DNA of 64,000 nt from an uncultured archaeon. Lineage in GTDB: Archaea > Thermoplasmatota > Penumbrarchaeia > JASLWR01. Position numbers and translations under genes: made by a program. The notes under the pieces were generated by a model that worked only from the letters and a program-made list of their open reading frames with translations, was not told the DNA's origin and did no database searches. Every line of letters begins with the position of its first letter. Position 1 is the stretch's first letter. Positions 1 to 10,217 of the stretch are shown in pieces. The stretch is taken from positions 134,036 to 198,035 of the forward strand of contig CAYSHM010000004.1 in NCBI GenBank assembly GCA_964430885.1, read 5' to 3'.

Positions 1-21
1 AGGCCACTATACTACGGGGCT
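1..21 (-). tRNA. 5' fragment of a tRNA cut by the window edge, probably tRNA-Gln
   Basis: Reverse complement reads AGCCCCG-TA-GTAT-AGTGGCCT, i.e. acceptor 5' strand, U8A9, D-stem and D-loop. The 5' A start is typical of archaeal tRNA-Gln. The anticodon lies outside the window. Confidence 0.6.
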
Positions 22-203
22 TTTTATATCGATCAAAAAACTACTTTTTGTTAACATGAAAACCTTATCTATTCAGTTTGCGGTTTTTGGTTAGCAAAAG
101 TCAAGAGACTTTTTCTCACCAGTAAATATTATATTTTATACATTAATGTTGCTGTTGGAAATTCCCGCCACTTTCTTTTATAAGTGCTTATAAAGGAATC
201 CGC

Positions 204-219
204 ATAAACGGTTAAATAG
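204..219 (+). promoter_or_regulatory. putative BRE/TATA promoter, probably giving a leaderless mRNA
   Basis: TTAAATA at 212-218 preceded by an A-rich stretch, about 24 nt upstream of the ATG at 242; no SD visible. Confidence 0.4.
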
Positions 220-241
220 CGTCAAAACCTTATACCATATA

Positions 242-1054
242 ATGGCCTGGAATCAGCAAGTAATATTTTTCTCTGCCTCGGCGATCGCTCTTCTTCCGAC
301 AGCATTTCTCATCTATCTTGCCTTGAAAAGGATATATCCGATTCTAGAGGACAGGAAACTTTTTTTTCTACTGGGTCTATCACTAATGGGGGGTGTGGGG
401 GTTGCAGTGTTCCAGACCTATACAGGACTCTCTGTCAGCGGTTATTCCTTTCTGACCCTGGCAATGATGGCTTTGGTTTATTCTCTTTTCGATAATCTGC
501 TCAAGATAATAATCCTGAATCTGAAACGGTACCGGACAAAACCTGATACAACCTTTTATGGAATATGTTTTGCCCTGATGGGATCAATGATAACCGCTTA
601 TATTGCAATGTATCTTTCCAGAAACTATGCGGATGATCCCGAGTATACGATTCGTTTGATCGGCACAGGAATTATGCTGCTGGCCAGCGTTGCATATCAT
701 GGTGCAATGGGAGTTTACAATGGGTACTATTCTTCCGTAGGTCAGTTCTGGAGTTTTACACATATGTCCAGGGTTATTCTTTTATCATTACCTTTCAATA
801 TTATTCTGTTCTACTGGTATTGGACGGATTTTTTGGATGTGATATCCATTTCCGTGGCTTTGATATATTCACTCATAGTCCTAAGCCATGTTCTAAAGAA
901 ATATTTTCCTATTTCCCTTCAAAAGGATCAGCTCCCCCTTCTCACTGGCAGTAAATTCTGGGGCCGCGTTTCAAGGGAAGGCCGCGGGGGTAAGGGTAAG
1001 AGTAAGGGTGGAGTTATTTCTCAGTTCAAGGATATCAAACGGCGGGAAGATTGA
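242..1054 (+). CDS. multi-pass membrane protein, PrsW-like intramembrane protease family (degenerate)
   Basis: About 7 hydrophobic helices; FDNLLK at the EExxK position, FYG..F after it, YHGAMG His motif; basic C-terminal tail. Confidence 0.5.
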   Translation: MAWNQQVIFFSASAIALLPTAFLIYLALKRIYPILEDRKLFFLLGLSLMGGVGVAVFQTYTGLSVSGYSFLTLAMMALVYSLFDNLLKIIILNLKRYRTKPDTTFYGICFALMGSMITAYIAMYLSRNYADDPEYTIRLIGTGIMLLASVAYHGAMGVYNGYYSSVGQFWSFTHMSRVILLSLPFNIILFYWYWTDFLDVISISVALIYSLIVLSHVLKKYFPISLQKDQLPLLTGSKFWGRVSREGRGGKGKSKGGVISQFKDIKRRED

Positions 1055-1072
1055 ACGATAGTCCAAATTATT

Positions 1073-4000
1073 TTAATCATCATCTTCTTCCCAACCCACC
1101 CCTTTATCCTCTTCCATTCCTCCCAGTTCCTCGTGAGATTTTTCTTTCTCTTCACCACCATCCGCTTTTTTCCTTCTTACCAGTATTACAATAAGAAATA
1201 TTACGATAACTATCGCAACGATAGCGATCAGCAGCCATAGCCACAGTGAGCTTCCCTCACCGGAATCCTCATTTGAGGCGGTTTCCTGTACCGCTATATC
1301 GATTGTATAGATGTCGCTCTGCAGACCCTTTGAGTCCTTTACTCGAAGAGTTACAGTATATCCCCCTGCTTCCTGGAACTTTACGTCAACCTCATTGTTT
1401 GCAACCCATTGATCGTTCAGGATATTGTCAATATCAAAATTCCACATGTAGCCCACAATCGAATCCCCGTCCGGGTCGTCAGTACTGGCGCTGAAGGTGA
1501 CCTTCTGGCCGATGCCTGGTTTCTGGGGCGAGAATGTGATCAAGCAGGTGGGCGGTAGATTGCTTGTGGTTTTAATGGAAAATGCTTTCTCTGTGATGCC
1601 ACCGTCATTATCCTTTATCCTGACTGTCAGGGTATAATCCCCTTCGTGGGAATACTCGAGATAGAACTTCCCGGAAGAACCCCATCCCTGCAGGTCCCCG
1701 TCCCCGTTGTCGAACCAATACTCGGTGATCTCGCCGTCAGGATCCGAACTGCGAGTAGCGTCAATGGAAACCTTCTTTCCAACCGAGAATATATTGTCCT
1801 CCTGTTTTTTAAGGGTACCCTTGCTGCTTTTAACAAGGAGTACAGGTAATCGATTTGTAATATTGATCTCCACGGTTTTGGTTGCGATGCCCCCTTCGTT
1901 ATCCGTGACTGTGAGTACCATTGAGTATTTTCCATCCTCAACATAGGTATGTTTTGTCTGTGTCCCTTCATCAGTCTCTCCGTCTCCGAAATCCCACTGG
2001 TAAGAAATAACTTCCCCTCCGATATCCGGATCGCTAGTACCTGCAGCATCGAAGGTGATCTCAGTGTTTGTAGGGGCTTCCGTATCGGATATGTCCAGCA
2101 CGATAAGCGGTTCCTTGTTCTTGACAATTATGGTAAATGAATCCTCTACCTTCGCCCCGTCATCATCGCTGATATTGATTGTAGCTGGATACTCCCCCCT
2201 GCTGTCAAAACTATAGCTGATATTGGTCCCGAGGAATGTACCAATTCCTTCAATGTCCCAGGTGTACATACTGATAATTCCGTCCATATCTGTGCTGGCT
2301 GAAGCGTCAAAATAGACATCGTCCCCAATTCCAATAGTTGTACCTTGCTGATTTCCGAAATGGAAATCCAATTTGGGATCCCTGTTTTCAACAGATATGA
2401 GCCGATAGGTGCTCGACTCCAACCCGGAGTCGTCCGTTAATGTAAGCGTAACATTGTAGATTCCGTCATCAGCGTATTGATATTGGAATGACGATCCGTC
2501 CTTCTGTGTTCCATCTCCCATATCCCAATCATAATCTTCAACATCACCGTCAATATCATAGGACCTGTTTGCACTGAATGAGATCATCTCATAGGTCAAT
2601 ACCTCGGTCAGGTCAGCATCCAAGAGTGCTTGGGGTCTGGAGTTAATATTAAAGGTTCCCAATTCCACCATATTATTGTTTTCATAGGTCTCGTTTATCA
2701 GGTCATTGGGGTCCGCCATCAGGGTTAGAGTATGCTCACCTGAAACGGGATTATCCCAGGTCAATTCAACTGTCCGCTTACCTGCAGCTCCGAATCCCAG
2801 ACCGTAAAATGTTTTAGTGACGATCAGATTTTCACCGGCCGTTCCATGGTCCAAATAAAGTGCCAACTCTATTTCATAACCCATGAATGTCTCCACAGGA
2901 TTGCTTACTTCGGCAGTGATCATCACTGATTCATTGGTAATTATGGTCTGGGAGGATAGATCCACCGCGTCTTCATCCAATAGAATATCGCCCTTTCGAA
3001 GAACTAGGGTCTTGGGAAGGAAAGAGTCCGGTCCGGTTTTTATCAAAAGACCGTGGGATCCTACATCATATTGGATGACTGGAACGGTTTCTTTCATAAT
3101 CGTATTATCGTTTGAGGTCGGAACCGTGATATTGGCTACAAAATCACCCTCGATATCCTGAGTGGAATATGTTATGCCGGATATGTCCTCATCGAACCTT
3201 ATCTCGGAACTCTGAAAATCGCAGATGACCTGCATCTGGCCTCCCGGGTGTGCAATTCCAATATTGTTGGGCCCCATGGATACTCCAGTAGTTGTAACCT
3301 GCCAGATGTCGTAGCTTTTCAGATCCATATTTGATTCCTCAATGACCATCCCCGCAAAATCCAGATTCTCAATATGCCATCTGGCGAAATTCTTTGCTTC
3401 AGGATAGAACCACCAATCCATTTTTCCCTTTCCTCCGTCAATATCGAGTGAAGCATCCACATGATAACATCCCGAATAGGTGTCGAATCCGTTATTCAGG
3501 TTCTCTGTGTTGTTGCACCAATATTTTGCATACACCGGGCTGTCGGAGGTTATGTCATCACTCTCATCGTCTATGCCCCAGTCGTTCATCCAATCAGGCA
3601 GGTTCATCTCGTAATGGGCATTGATATGGTAATTATGGGATGATGCCCAGGCATCTTGAGTGTATAATGGGAAATCATAATCCTCTTCACCGGGAGATGA
3701 CTGCAGGGAGTTCTGGGCATTTATCACCACCACACCTCCTAGTATTCCCTGTGAAGCATTGACAACTATATGCAGGTCTCTGTAATCATTAAGCAGAGCC
3801 AGGTCTGATACACGGTACCACATGAAACCCTGTATCCACGATTGACTGGAATCAATTTCAAGGTCGACATTCTGATCGGGTTCACCATCAGGAGGGTCAT
3901 CGGTGTCGATATTTAGGTGTCCGTCCCCGCTTACTCTGCCGTTATATAAGGTCAAATTATAGACCAGTTCGGTCCTTCCGTCATGCATCCTAACCTCGCT

Positions 4001-4276
4001 TATCTCGTCAACAACGTAATCTCCTATATCTACGAGGTTGATATAACCGTCTGGTTCCACAGCAATCCGGGATGTGCGGTGATAAACCCACTTATAACCG
4101 GTATCCCATACTGGCAATTTGCATTCGTTTGCCCTGGTAGAGTTCAGTGAGATTTCACTTTTGCTATCAGGATAAATATCATTGATGTCTGTGTTCTTTA
4201 CCAAGATGTGAACCTGTGGCTCCAATAGAAAACATAATATGGCCAGGCTGAGTAGCACAATTTTGATCTTTTTCAT
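1073..4276 (-). CDS. large cell-surface protein: N-terminal beta-rich domain, CARDB, about 5 PKD domains, C-terminal TM anchor
   Basis: Signal peptide MKKIKIVLL (ATG 4276, SD GAGGGG); CARDB motif DPNDLINETYENNN; repeated YxWDFGDG...GxYxVTLTVTD; TM helix, RRKK, acidic tail. Confidence 0.85.
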   Translation of the reverse strand: MKKIKIVLLSLAILCFLLEPQVHILVKNTDINDIYPDSKSEISLNSTRANECKLPVWDTGYKWVYHRTSRIAVEPDGYINLVDIGDYVVDEISEVRMHDGRTELVYNLTLYNGRVSGDGHLNIDTDDPPDGEPDQNVDLEIDSSQSWIQGFMWYRVSDLALLNDYRDLHIVVNASQGILGGVVVINAQNSLQSSPGEEDYDFPLYTQDAWASSHNYHINAHYEMNLPDWMNDWGIDDESDDITSDSPVYAKYWCNNTENLNNGFDTYSGCYHVDASLDIDGGKGKMDWWFYPEAKNFARWHIENLDFAGMVIEESNMDLKSYDIWQVTTTGVSMGPNNIGIAHPGGQMQVICDFQSSEIRFDEDISGITYSTQDIEGDFVANITVPTSNDNTIMKETVPVIQYDVGSHGLLIKTGPDSFLPKTLVLRKGDILLDEDAVDLSSQTIITNESVMITAEVSNPVETFMGYEIELALYLDHGTAGENLIVTKTFYGLGFGAAGKRTVELTWDNPVSGEHTLTLMADPNDLINETYENNNMVELGTFNINSRPQALLDADLTEVLTYEMISFSANRSYDIDGDVEDYDWDMGDGTQKDGSSFQYQYADDGIYNVTLTLTDDSGLESSTYRLISVENRDPKLDFHFGNQQGTTIGIGDDVYFDASASTDMDGIISMYTWDIEGIGTFLGTNISYSFDSRGEYPATINISDDDGAKVEDSFTIIVKNKEPLIVLDISDTEAPTNTEITFDAAGTSDPDIGGEVISYQWDFGDGETDEGTQTKHTYVEDGKYSMVLTVTDNEGGIATKTVEINITNRLPVLLVKSSKGTLKKQEDNIFSVGKKVSIDATRSSDPDGEITEYWFDNGDGDLQGWGSSGKFYLEYSHEGDYTLTVRIKDNDGGITEKAFSIKTTSNLPPTCLITFSPQKPGIGQKVTFSASTDDPDGDSIVGYMWNFDIDNILNDQWVANNEVDVKFQEAGGYTVTLRVKDSKGLQSDIYTIDIAVQETASNEDSGEGSSLWLWLLIAIVAIVIVIFLIVILVRRKKADGGEEKEKSHEELGGMEEDKGVGWEEDDD

Positions 4277-4425
4277 TAATATCCCCTCTGTCGAATCATG
4301 TGGGTTAATTAAAAACATATTCCAAACTATTGATTAAAAGGTTTATCCCATGTAGGAATGGAAAAAATAATGTTGGATTGGGTAATAAATATTTCAATAT
4401 TGATTCAATCACAGGTGCATGACCG

Positions 4426-4812
4426 ATGAAGGGACAACATTCAAAACCTGTAAAAGGGCTGCTGCTGTTGCTGGGAACTTTATTTTTAGTAATTGGGATA
4501 GTCGGAATTTTTATCCCTCTTTTACCCACAACTCCCTTCCTTCTTATGTCGGCTCTCTGTTATCTTCGAAGTTCCAAGGGGATGTATGATTGGCTCATGA
4601 CCAACCGGTTTTTCGGGAAATTTCTGACAGACTATATGAATGGCAGAGGCGTACCACTGAGGGTGAAGATAATCACCATTCTGGTTCTATGGGTAACATT
4701 ATCCGCATCCGCATTTCTTTTTGTTGAAAAACTTTGGATGCGAATACTGTTGGCGGCAATTGCTACGGGCGTTACCATTCATCTATTGATGCTTAAAACC
4801 AGGAAGGGTTGA
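4426..4812 (+). CDS. YbaN / DUF454 family membrane protein
   Basis: GIVGIFIPLLPTTPFLL...RSS...WL signature. Confidence 0.9.
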   Translation: MKGQHSKPVKGLLLLLGTLFLVIGIVGIFIPLLPTTPFLLMSALCYLRSSKGMYDWLMTNRFFGKFLTDYMNGRGVPLRVKIITILVLWVTLSASAFLFVEKLWMRILLAAIATGVTIHLLMLKTRKG

Positions 4813-4875
4813 AATCGGTATGATATTATTAAATAGCGATTTTTAATTTATATGCGTCAGAGATATCTTTAATCC

Positions 4876-5271
4876 ATGGATGGGAGACAAAGCATGATAT
4901 GGATAGTTCTAGCTATTGGAATATTGGTTGTAATTATAGGCTTAGTAATGTTGATCATGGTAACAAGGGAGATACATAGGACCAATGATAGGTACCCGGA
5001 AGGACACTATATTTCTATAGGTATAGCTCTGGGAATACCTTTGGGTCTTCCCATAGGATTGGCAGTGGGAAATATTGCATTAGGTCCTGCATTTGGCCTT
5101 CCAATAGGTGTGGCCATAGGTGCGGCTTTGGAATCCAAGGCAAGAAAGGACGGACGATTGAGGCCGCCGACAGCAAGGGAGCGAAAGGTGAAAAAGACAT
5201 TTGTAGTTGCTGGAGGTGCGCTTCTGGTTTTGGCGATTATTTCATTATTTGTTCTTCTAATATTGAGCTGA
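4876..5271 (+). CDS. hypothetical Gly-rich membrane protein
   Basis: Glycine-zipper helices GIALGIPLGLPIG / GLPIGVAIG flanked by two TM segments; TTTATAT at 4847-4853 upstream. Confidence 0.75.
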   Translation: MDGRQSMIWIVLAIGILVVIIGLVMLIMVTREIHRTNDRYPEGHYISIGIALGIPLGLPIGLAVGNIALGPAFGLPIGVAIGAALESKARKDGRLRPPTARERKVKKTFVVAGGALLVLAIISLFVLLILS

Positions 5272-5333
5272 GGTATTTTTCTTATACTAAATATGAAATT
5301 TGTTCAGGGTAATTATTTCCGGAGACGTTTAAA

Positions 5334-5675
5334 ATGGCAAAGATAAATGTGGATGAAGAGCACAAGAAAGCCCTGGATAATATAATGCAGACTGTACCAG
5401 GGGTAAGACCTGGAAAGATGTTTGGATACCCCGCTTACTATGTAGGCCGGAAGATGTTTACCTCCTTTTATGAGGACGGCGTCTGTGCAAAGGTACCTCT
5501 GGAGCTTAAAGAGAGACTAATAGAGGATGAAAATATTGAACCTTTTATTGCAATGGGGAGACATATTAAGAAATGGGTGCTGATAAAGGTGACTTCTGCT
5601 GTTGACTATCAGAAATATGCTGATATATTTAAAACCTCAGCAGAGTATGTTGATGAACTGGTCAAGAAGAAATGA
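5334..5675 (+). CDS. TfoX N-terminal-like / YjbR-fold small protein
   Basis: KMFGYPAYYVGRKMF and MGRHIKKWV motifs; SD GGAG. Confidence 0.6.
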   Translation: MAKINVDEEHKKALDNIMQTVPGVRPGKMFGYPAYYVGRKMFTSFYEDGVCAKVPLELKERLIEDENIEPFIAMGRHIKKWVLIKVTSAVDYQKYADIFKTSAEYVDELVKKK

Positions 5676-5719
5676 ATAATTGCTTAATTGATATTTATTG
5701 GTCAAAGACGAAAAAACAG

Positions 5720-5794
5720 CGGACCCGACGGGATTCGAACCCGCGACATCCAGCTTAGAAGGCTGGCGCCCTATCCAGTCTAGGCCACGGGCCC
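5720..5794 (-). tRNA. tRNA-Arg(TCT)
   Basis: Acceptor GGGCCCG/CGGGTCC, anticodon arm CCAGC-CTTCTAA-GCTGG, T-loop TTCGAAT; CCA not encoded. Confidence 0.97.
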
Positions 5795-5828
5795 ACTATA
5801 TGTGATTTTTTCATTGACAATGATATGT

Positions 5829-6668
5829 CTAATCCAAGTAGGCTTTCAGAACATCCAGGGTGTATATCATCGAAATGAGTTTGTCATTGTTATCAGTTAC
5901 TGGCAGTTGACCGTAATAGTTCTTCCTCATCAATCTTGCAGCCTGTGCCATTGTTGATTTTCGGTAGACGGTAGTAGGTGATTTTACCATTACATCCTTT
6001 ACCAGGTTGCTTGATATTGATAGTTTCTGTTCTTCATAGAAGAAAGTCATGATGTTCTTCACACCTTCCCAGGTCCATTCATCATCATCCAGACCTAGAC
6101 CCAGCTCGGTTTTCGTCATAATTTCAGTTATTTCGGTCGTTGAGAATAGATCCCTATCAGTGATAATTCCAGTAAGATTTCCCTTGCCGTCGAGAACAGG
6201 CATGGCATAATGGTCAGTTATCTTGATGATGGTGGGAAGAAGCTCCAGCGGCATCTCTTCCCATACTGGGATGCAGTATCTATTCAGGTGGTCCTCAACA
6301 AGGATATCGCTGCATTTTGCTTCTATAACTGGAAGTAGTTCATAGGGGCTAACCAGTCCGACCAATTCATTTCCCTTTACTACACATAGGTGATATATAT
6401 TGTTTTCAACCAGGATCTTTATTGCCTTTTCCACGCTGTCCGAAGGCCTTATAGTGGGGGGCTCCCACTGCATCAGCAGTGCTAATTGGTCTTCTTTCGG
6501 TGATTCCAGAATGTCCTGTCTAGTGATGAACCCTGCGAGATTCCCATTATTCTTTATCACTGGCATTCCTGAAATATTATTGGAAATGATCTTTTTCATT
6601 ACATCGTACTTGGTACTGGGTATGGTAATTGAAACCGGATCGGTTATCATGACATTGCTGACATTCAT
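5829..6668 (-). CDS. CBS domain protein (two CBS pairs, archaeal type)
   Basis: Repeated PV...G.L.G.IT..D motifs and VxDVM starts. Confidence 0.9.
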   Translation of the reverse strand: MNVSNVMITDPVSITIPSTKYDVMKKIISNNISGMPVIKNNGNLAGFITRQDILESPKEDQLALLMQWEPPTIRPSDSVEKAIKILVENNIYHLCVVKGNELVGLVSPYELLPVIEAKCSDILVEDHLNRYCIPVWEEMPLELLPTIIKITDHYAMPVLDGKGNLTGIITDRDLFSTTEITEIMTKTELGLGLDDDEWTWEGVKNIMTFFYEEQKLSISSNLVKDVMVKSPTTVYRKSTMAQAARLMRKNYYGQLPVTDNNDKLISMIYTLDVLKAYLD

Positions 6669-6918
6669 GTTATCACTCCTTTACTGGGGAAAAACGACGG
6701 GGATAATTATGTAATGCCCCTCTGCTGTAAATCCCTTTTTAATTGTGAACCAATAGGGGAGGTTTAGGAATAAGCGAAGTTATGACAATTTTTAATCTAA
6801 ATACTTTTCTCCATTAAAATTGGTATATAAACAAAAAGGAATTATTCGACTGGTAGCCTTAAGCTGAATTGAGAAGTAAACAGAATGCATATGGGTTTTT
6901 ATTGGTAATAAATGACCT

Positions 6919-8055
6919 TCAATTCTCATAGGTGAGGGTAACCGAAACCTTGTAATCACAGGTCTCGGCAAGTAGTTTACTGCCTCCATTGGTAACTGTC
7001 TTCTCCTTTGTGCTGATCCTTAAAAACCATTGGTCAACTCCGGAATAAGATAGTTCACCAGCATTATCCGTGTGCAGTATGATCTCGCCTTCCCCGTTAC
7101 CTTCACTGCCGCCTGTATCCTGATTGTACACTATTCCGTTCTCGGGGCTGATCCCAACGCCAAAGTATAGGTCCAGATCCCATTCGGTATCGCTCCAGAT
7201 CAATTTCACCTCAATGTCAATTAGATTTGTCATATCTACTTCCGATAGGTTCCAATTATAATCTATCTTCGATTCGTATACCTGGGAACTCGGTATCATA
7301 GAACCATTTCCGTTATTCCTTAACTCGATATCAATATAATATTTATCTCCGCCCTGTCCCTGGGATACATATATCATGGTGGTTGCAGTGTCTGTAAGCC
7401 CACCGGAGTCAGTTACAGTTAGAATCACCAGATAATCTCCTGGATTTCTATAGGAATAAAATATTTCCTTCCCGTTGATATCCTGAATTCCATCGTTGTC
7501 CATATCCCATTGGAAGGTGAGGTCTGTCAGGGAATCCTCATTGTCACTGCTGTTAATGGCCGAGAACTGTACGGGCTCGCTGGTATTGACATTGTTTGAT
7601 GATACTTCAAAAACAGCGTTTGGCCGTGTGTTGTCCACAACTTTAACGGATATGGAATCACTTTCGTTAAGAGATATGCCGTTAATATCATCTTCAAGAG
7701 TGATATAGAAGGTAGCCGTGTATGATCCGGCCTCATTATACTCGTGCCAAGCAGTTACAAGTGTTCTTTCGTTCCAATCAATCACCCCGTCGCCCTCAAA
7801 ATCCCACTTGTATCTGATCGAGACTTCAATGGGATAGTTCTGTTCTTCAGCATTGTTTTTCCCCACGAAAGCCACTCTTTTACCTACCGAGGTCTTGATG
7901 TTCGAGCCGGCCTCAGGTTCACAAGTATAATCTTCTTCAGTTACAATATCATCCTTGATATTTCTCCAGGCGAGATAAAATACTGAACCTATAAGCAGGA
8001 CGACAATCATGATTATGGCTACACCCTTAAAATCACCCATTTTATCACATTCCAA
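6919..8055 (-). CDS. N-terminally anchored PKD-domain surface protein
   Basis: N-terminal TM; two PKD repeats (YKWDFEGDG, FQWDMDNDG...GDYLVILTVTD); C-terminal W....DLDLY domain resembling pre-peptidase C-terminal domains. True start may be ATG 8040. Confidence 0.8.
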   Translation of the reverse strand: MECDKMGDFKGVAIIMIVVLLIGSVFYLAWRNIKDDIVTEEDYTCEPEAGSNIKTSVGKRVAFVGKNNAEEQNYPIEVSIRYKWDFEGDGVIDWNERTLVTAWHEYNEAGSYTATFYITLEDDINGISLNESDSISVKVVDNTRPNAVFEVSSNNVNTSEPVQFSAINSSDNEDSLTDLTFQWDMDNDGIQDINGKEIFYSYRNPGDYLVILTVTDSGGLTDTATTMIYVSQGQGGDKYYIDIELRNNGNGSMIPSSQVYESKIDYNWNLSEVDMTNLIDIEVKLIWSDTEWDLDLYFGVGISPENGIVYNQDTGGSEGNGEGEIILHTDNAGELSYSGVDQWFLRISTKEKTVTNGGSKLLAETCDYKVSVTLTYEN

Positions 8056-8091
8056 AGGGGAATTTAGAACCCTGAACGGAAAAAGCCGAGA

Positions 8092-8379
8092 TTAGAATAT
8101 CTTTGCTACAATCCAACCGATGAACATTCCTATTGCCAATGGAAATGATATCAGCATCAGAAGGCTCTTTATTGCACTCCAGTCAAAGGCATCGGCAAAA
8201 CCGTCCCAATTTATATGTATAAGACCGAAGTAGGAAAGTACAGCTATTACTATGATGGATATCAGTGCCCATTTAAAGGCTCTGGAAAGTATAAAGAATC
8301 CTATCAGAAATCCAATAATCAGTTCAACGCTGAGCAATGCGATGAATGCCGTTGTGCTTATCTCTATTCCTAGAACCAT
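8092..8379 (-). CDS. FUN14-family small membrane protein
   Basis: GFLIGF...K...LSYFGLIHINW...GMFIG pattern. Confidence 0.65.
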   Translation of the reverse strand: MVLGIEISTTAFIALLSVELIIGFLIGFFILSRAFKWALISIIVIAVLSYFGLIHINWDGFADAFDWSAIKSLLMLISFPLAIGMFIGWIVAKIF

Positions 8380-8454
8380 TTTGCATCACGTCCATAAAAC
8401 CCTTTTAATATTATAAATAATTTTGGCGCTTCTTCCAATTAAAAGCCTGCTACT

Positions 8455-9513
8455 TCATACTATCTCGCCAGGGAATATTTTTTTGTCCTTTAGGCTTTTA
8501 CCCTGTGTCACTTTGACCTTTTCACCAATGACAACCTTTTCAAGAGAAACATTTTCTTCGACTATGGAATCTTTACATATATAGCTGTTTGAAAGTCTGC
8601 TCCCCTCTCCAATGGCAGAGTTCGGGGCGATTACCACATTTTTGAGTTTAACATTGTCGCCTATCCTGCAACCGTCATACACGTATACATTTTCCATCAC
8701 TACACCCCGTCCCAGCTTTACATTCTCTCCAATGAAGCAATTTCCTCTTACCTTGACATTATCCAGAACCCCTGATGATATGTATAGATTGGTGCCTTTG
8801 TTCCGTGGGAACATGTTAATATTTCCATATATGAGGTCGGCAGGTCTTCCTATATCTAACCAAAATCCAGTCAATCTCTTGCCGTATATGGGTTTGCCCA
8901 TCTCAAGGAGCTTGGGGAACAGGTCCTTTGCAAAGTCCACATTGGTCCCGAAGGGAAAGAGTTCAAGGACTTCCGGTTCCAATATGTAGACCCCGGCATT
9001 TATCAGATTGGAGAACGCCTCTTCTTTGCTCGGTTTCTCCAGGAATCGTTCTATCCTGCCGTTCTCATCCATGCCCACTATACCGAACTGTGTCGGGTCC
9101 TCTACAGGAGTGAGAGCTATTGTTGCAACAGCACCCTTTCTTTTATGGAAATCATACAGCTCCTTGAAATCTATGTCTATCAGCACATCGCCATTGGACA
9201 CAATGAAAGTTTCATTCAGTATTCCTTTGTTCTTTATAACGCCTCCGAATGTACCCAGGGGCGTATCTTCAATGGAATAGATCATGTTTGATTTCCATTT
9301 AAGACCACTTCCGAAATGCTCAATTATATCCTCTGGTTTGTAGTACATGGTCATGAGAATATCATTGAATCCGTCTCGCACTAGAGCGTCAACAAGATAT
9401 TCCAAGGCTGGTTTCCCATCAACCTTGACGAATGGTTTTGGAAGGGTCTCGGTTATGGGCCTAAGGCGGGTGCCTTTTCCTCCTGCAAGAATAACGCCAA
9501 TCATAAATTTCAC
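8455..9513 (-). CDS. NDP-sugar synthase (mannose-1-phosphate guanylyltransferase-like) with hexapeptide-repeat tail
   Basis: ILAGGKGTRLRP...PKP, EKP, INAGVY, WLDIG; left-handed beta-helix repeats; overlaps the rpiA stop. Confidence 0.92.
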   Translation of the reverse strand: MKFMIGVILAGGKGTRLRPITETLPKPFVKVDGKPALEYLVDALVRDGFNDILMTMYYKPEDIIEHFGSGLKWKSNMIYSIEDTPLGTFGGVIKNKGILNETFIVSNGDVLIDIDFKELYDFHKRKGAVATIALTPVEDPTQFGIVGMDENGRIERFLEKPSKEEAFSNLINAGVYILEPEVLELFPFGTNVDFAKDLFPKLLEMGKPIYGKRLTGFWLDIGRPADLIYGNINMFPRNKGTNLYISSGVLDNVKVRGNCFIGENVKLGRGVVMENVYVYDGCRIGDNVKLKNVVIAPNSAIGEGSRLSNSYICKDSIVEENVSLEKVVIGEKVKVTQGKSLKDKKIFPGEIV

Positions 9514-10217
9514 CTCTCTATTTTTTTCATAATGTCAAATCTTTCATCATATGCAACTATCACAACATCAGTCATACCGAGGAATAAGCCGTTTTCAAAG
9601 ATCCCTGAAATATTGTTTATGTCCTTCTCAAGTTGAGAGGGCAGGTTCAAGTTGAGGAACTCCACATCAAGAATATGATTTCCTGAATCAGTAACGAATG
9701 GTTCTTCACCTCTCAATCTCAGTTTTGGTTTTCCGCCCAACTCCTTTAGCTTTTTCATGTATGTGTCCGCCCCAAAAGGGTCAACCTCTACAGGCAAAGG
9801 CATTTTATCCCCTAGATGATCCACCATCTTGCTATCATCCACAATAATGATAAGTATCTTTGAATTATCTGCAACTATCTTTTCTCTGAGAAGGGCTCCG
9901 CCCGCACCTTTTATTAGATCTAGATCAGGGTTCACCTCATCGGCCCCGTCTATTGTTAAATCTATCACTGGATTATCTTGAAGTGTGGTCAAAGGTATGG
10001 AAAGCTCCCTGGCCAGTTCTTTGGTTGCTAATGATGTAGGTATGCCTTTTATTTCAATATTTTCCTCTCTGATCTTCCTTGCAAGTTCATGAAGTACATA
10101 GAATACCGTGGAACCGGTCCCCAGTCCGATTATCATGCCGTTCTCGACGAATTCCGCAGCCTTAACTGCAGCTTTCATTTTCTTTTCCTCAGAGTTCATT
10201 ATTATCCCAAATTGCAC
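9510..10217 (-). CDS. rpiA: ribose-5-phosphate isomerase A
   Basis: GLGTGST, DGADEV, KGAGGALLREK motifs. Likely start ATG 10199. Confidence 0.97.
   Translation of the reverse strand: MQFGIIMNSEEKKMKAAVKAAEFVENGMIIGLGTGSTVFYVLHELARKIREENIEIKGIPTSLATKELARELSIPLTTLQDNPVIDLTIDGADEVNPDLDLIKGAGGALLREKIVADNSKILIIIVDDSKMVDHLGDKMPLPVEVDPFGADTYMKKLKELGGKPKLRLRGEEPFVTDSGNHILDVEFLNLNLPSQLEKDINNISGIFENGLFLGMTDVVIVAYDERFDIMKKIER

Noticed and set aside
4426-5720. Small bacterial-like genes ending at a tRNA 3' end, a possible integrated element (also considered at tRNA-Leu and tRNA-Arg-TCG)
   Set aside because: No integrase and no duplicated tRNA 3' end (att site) found by eye.
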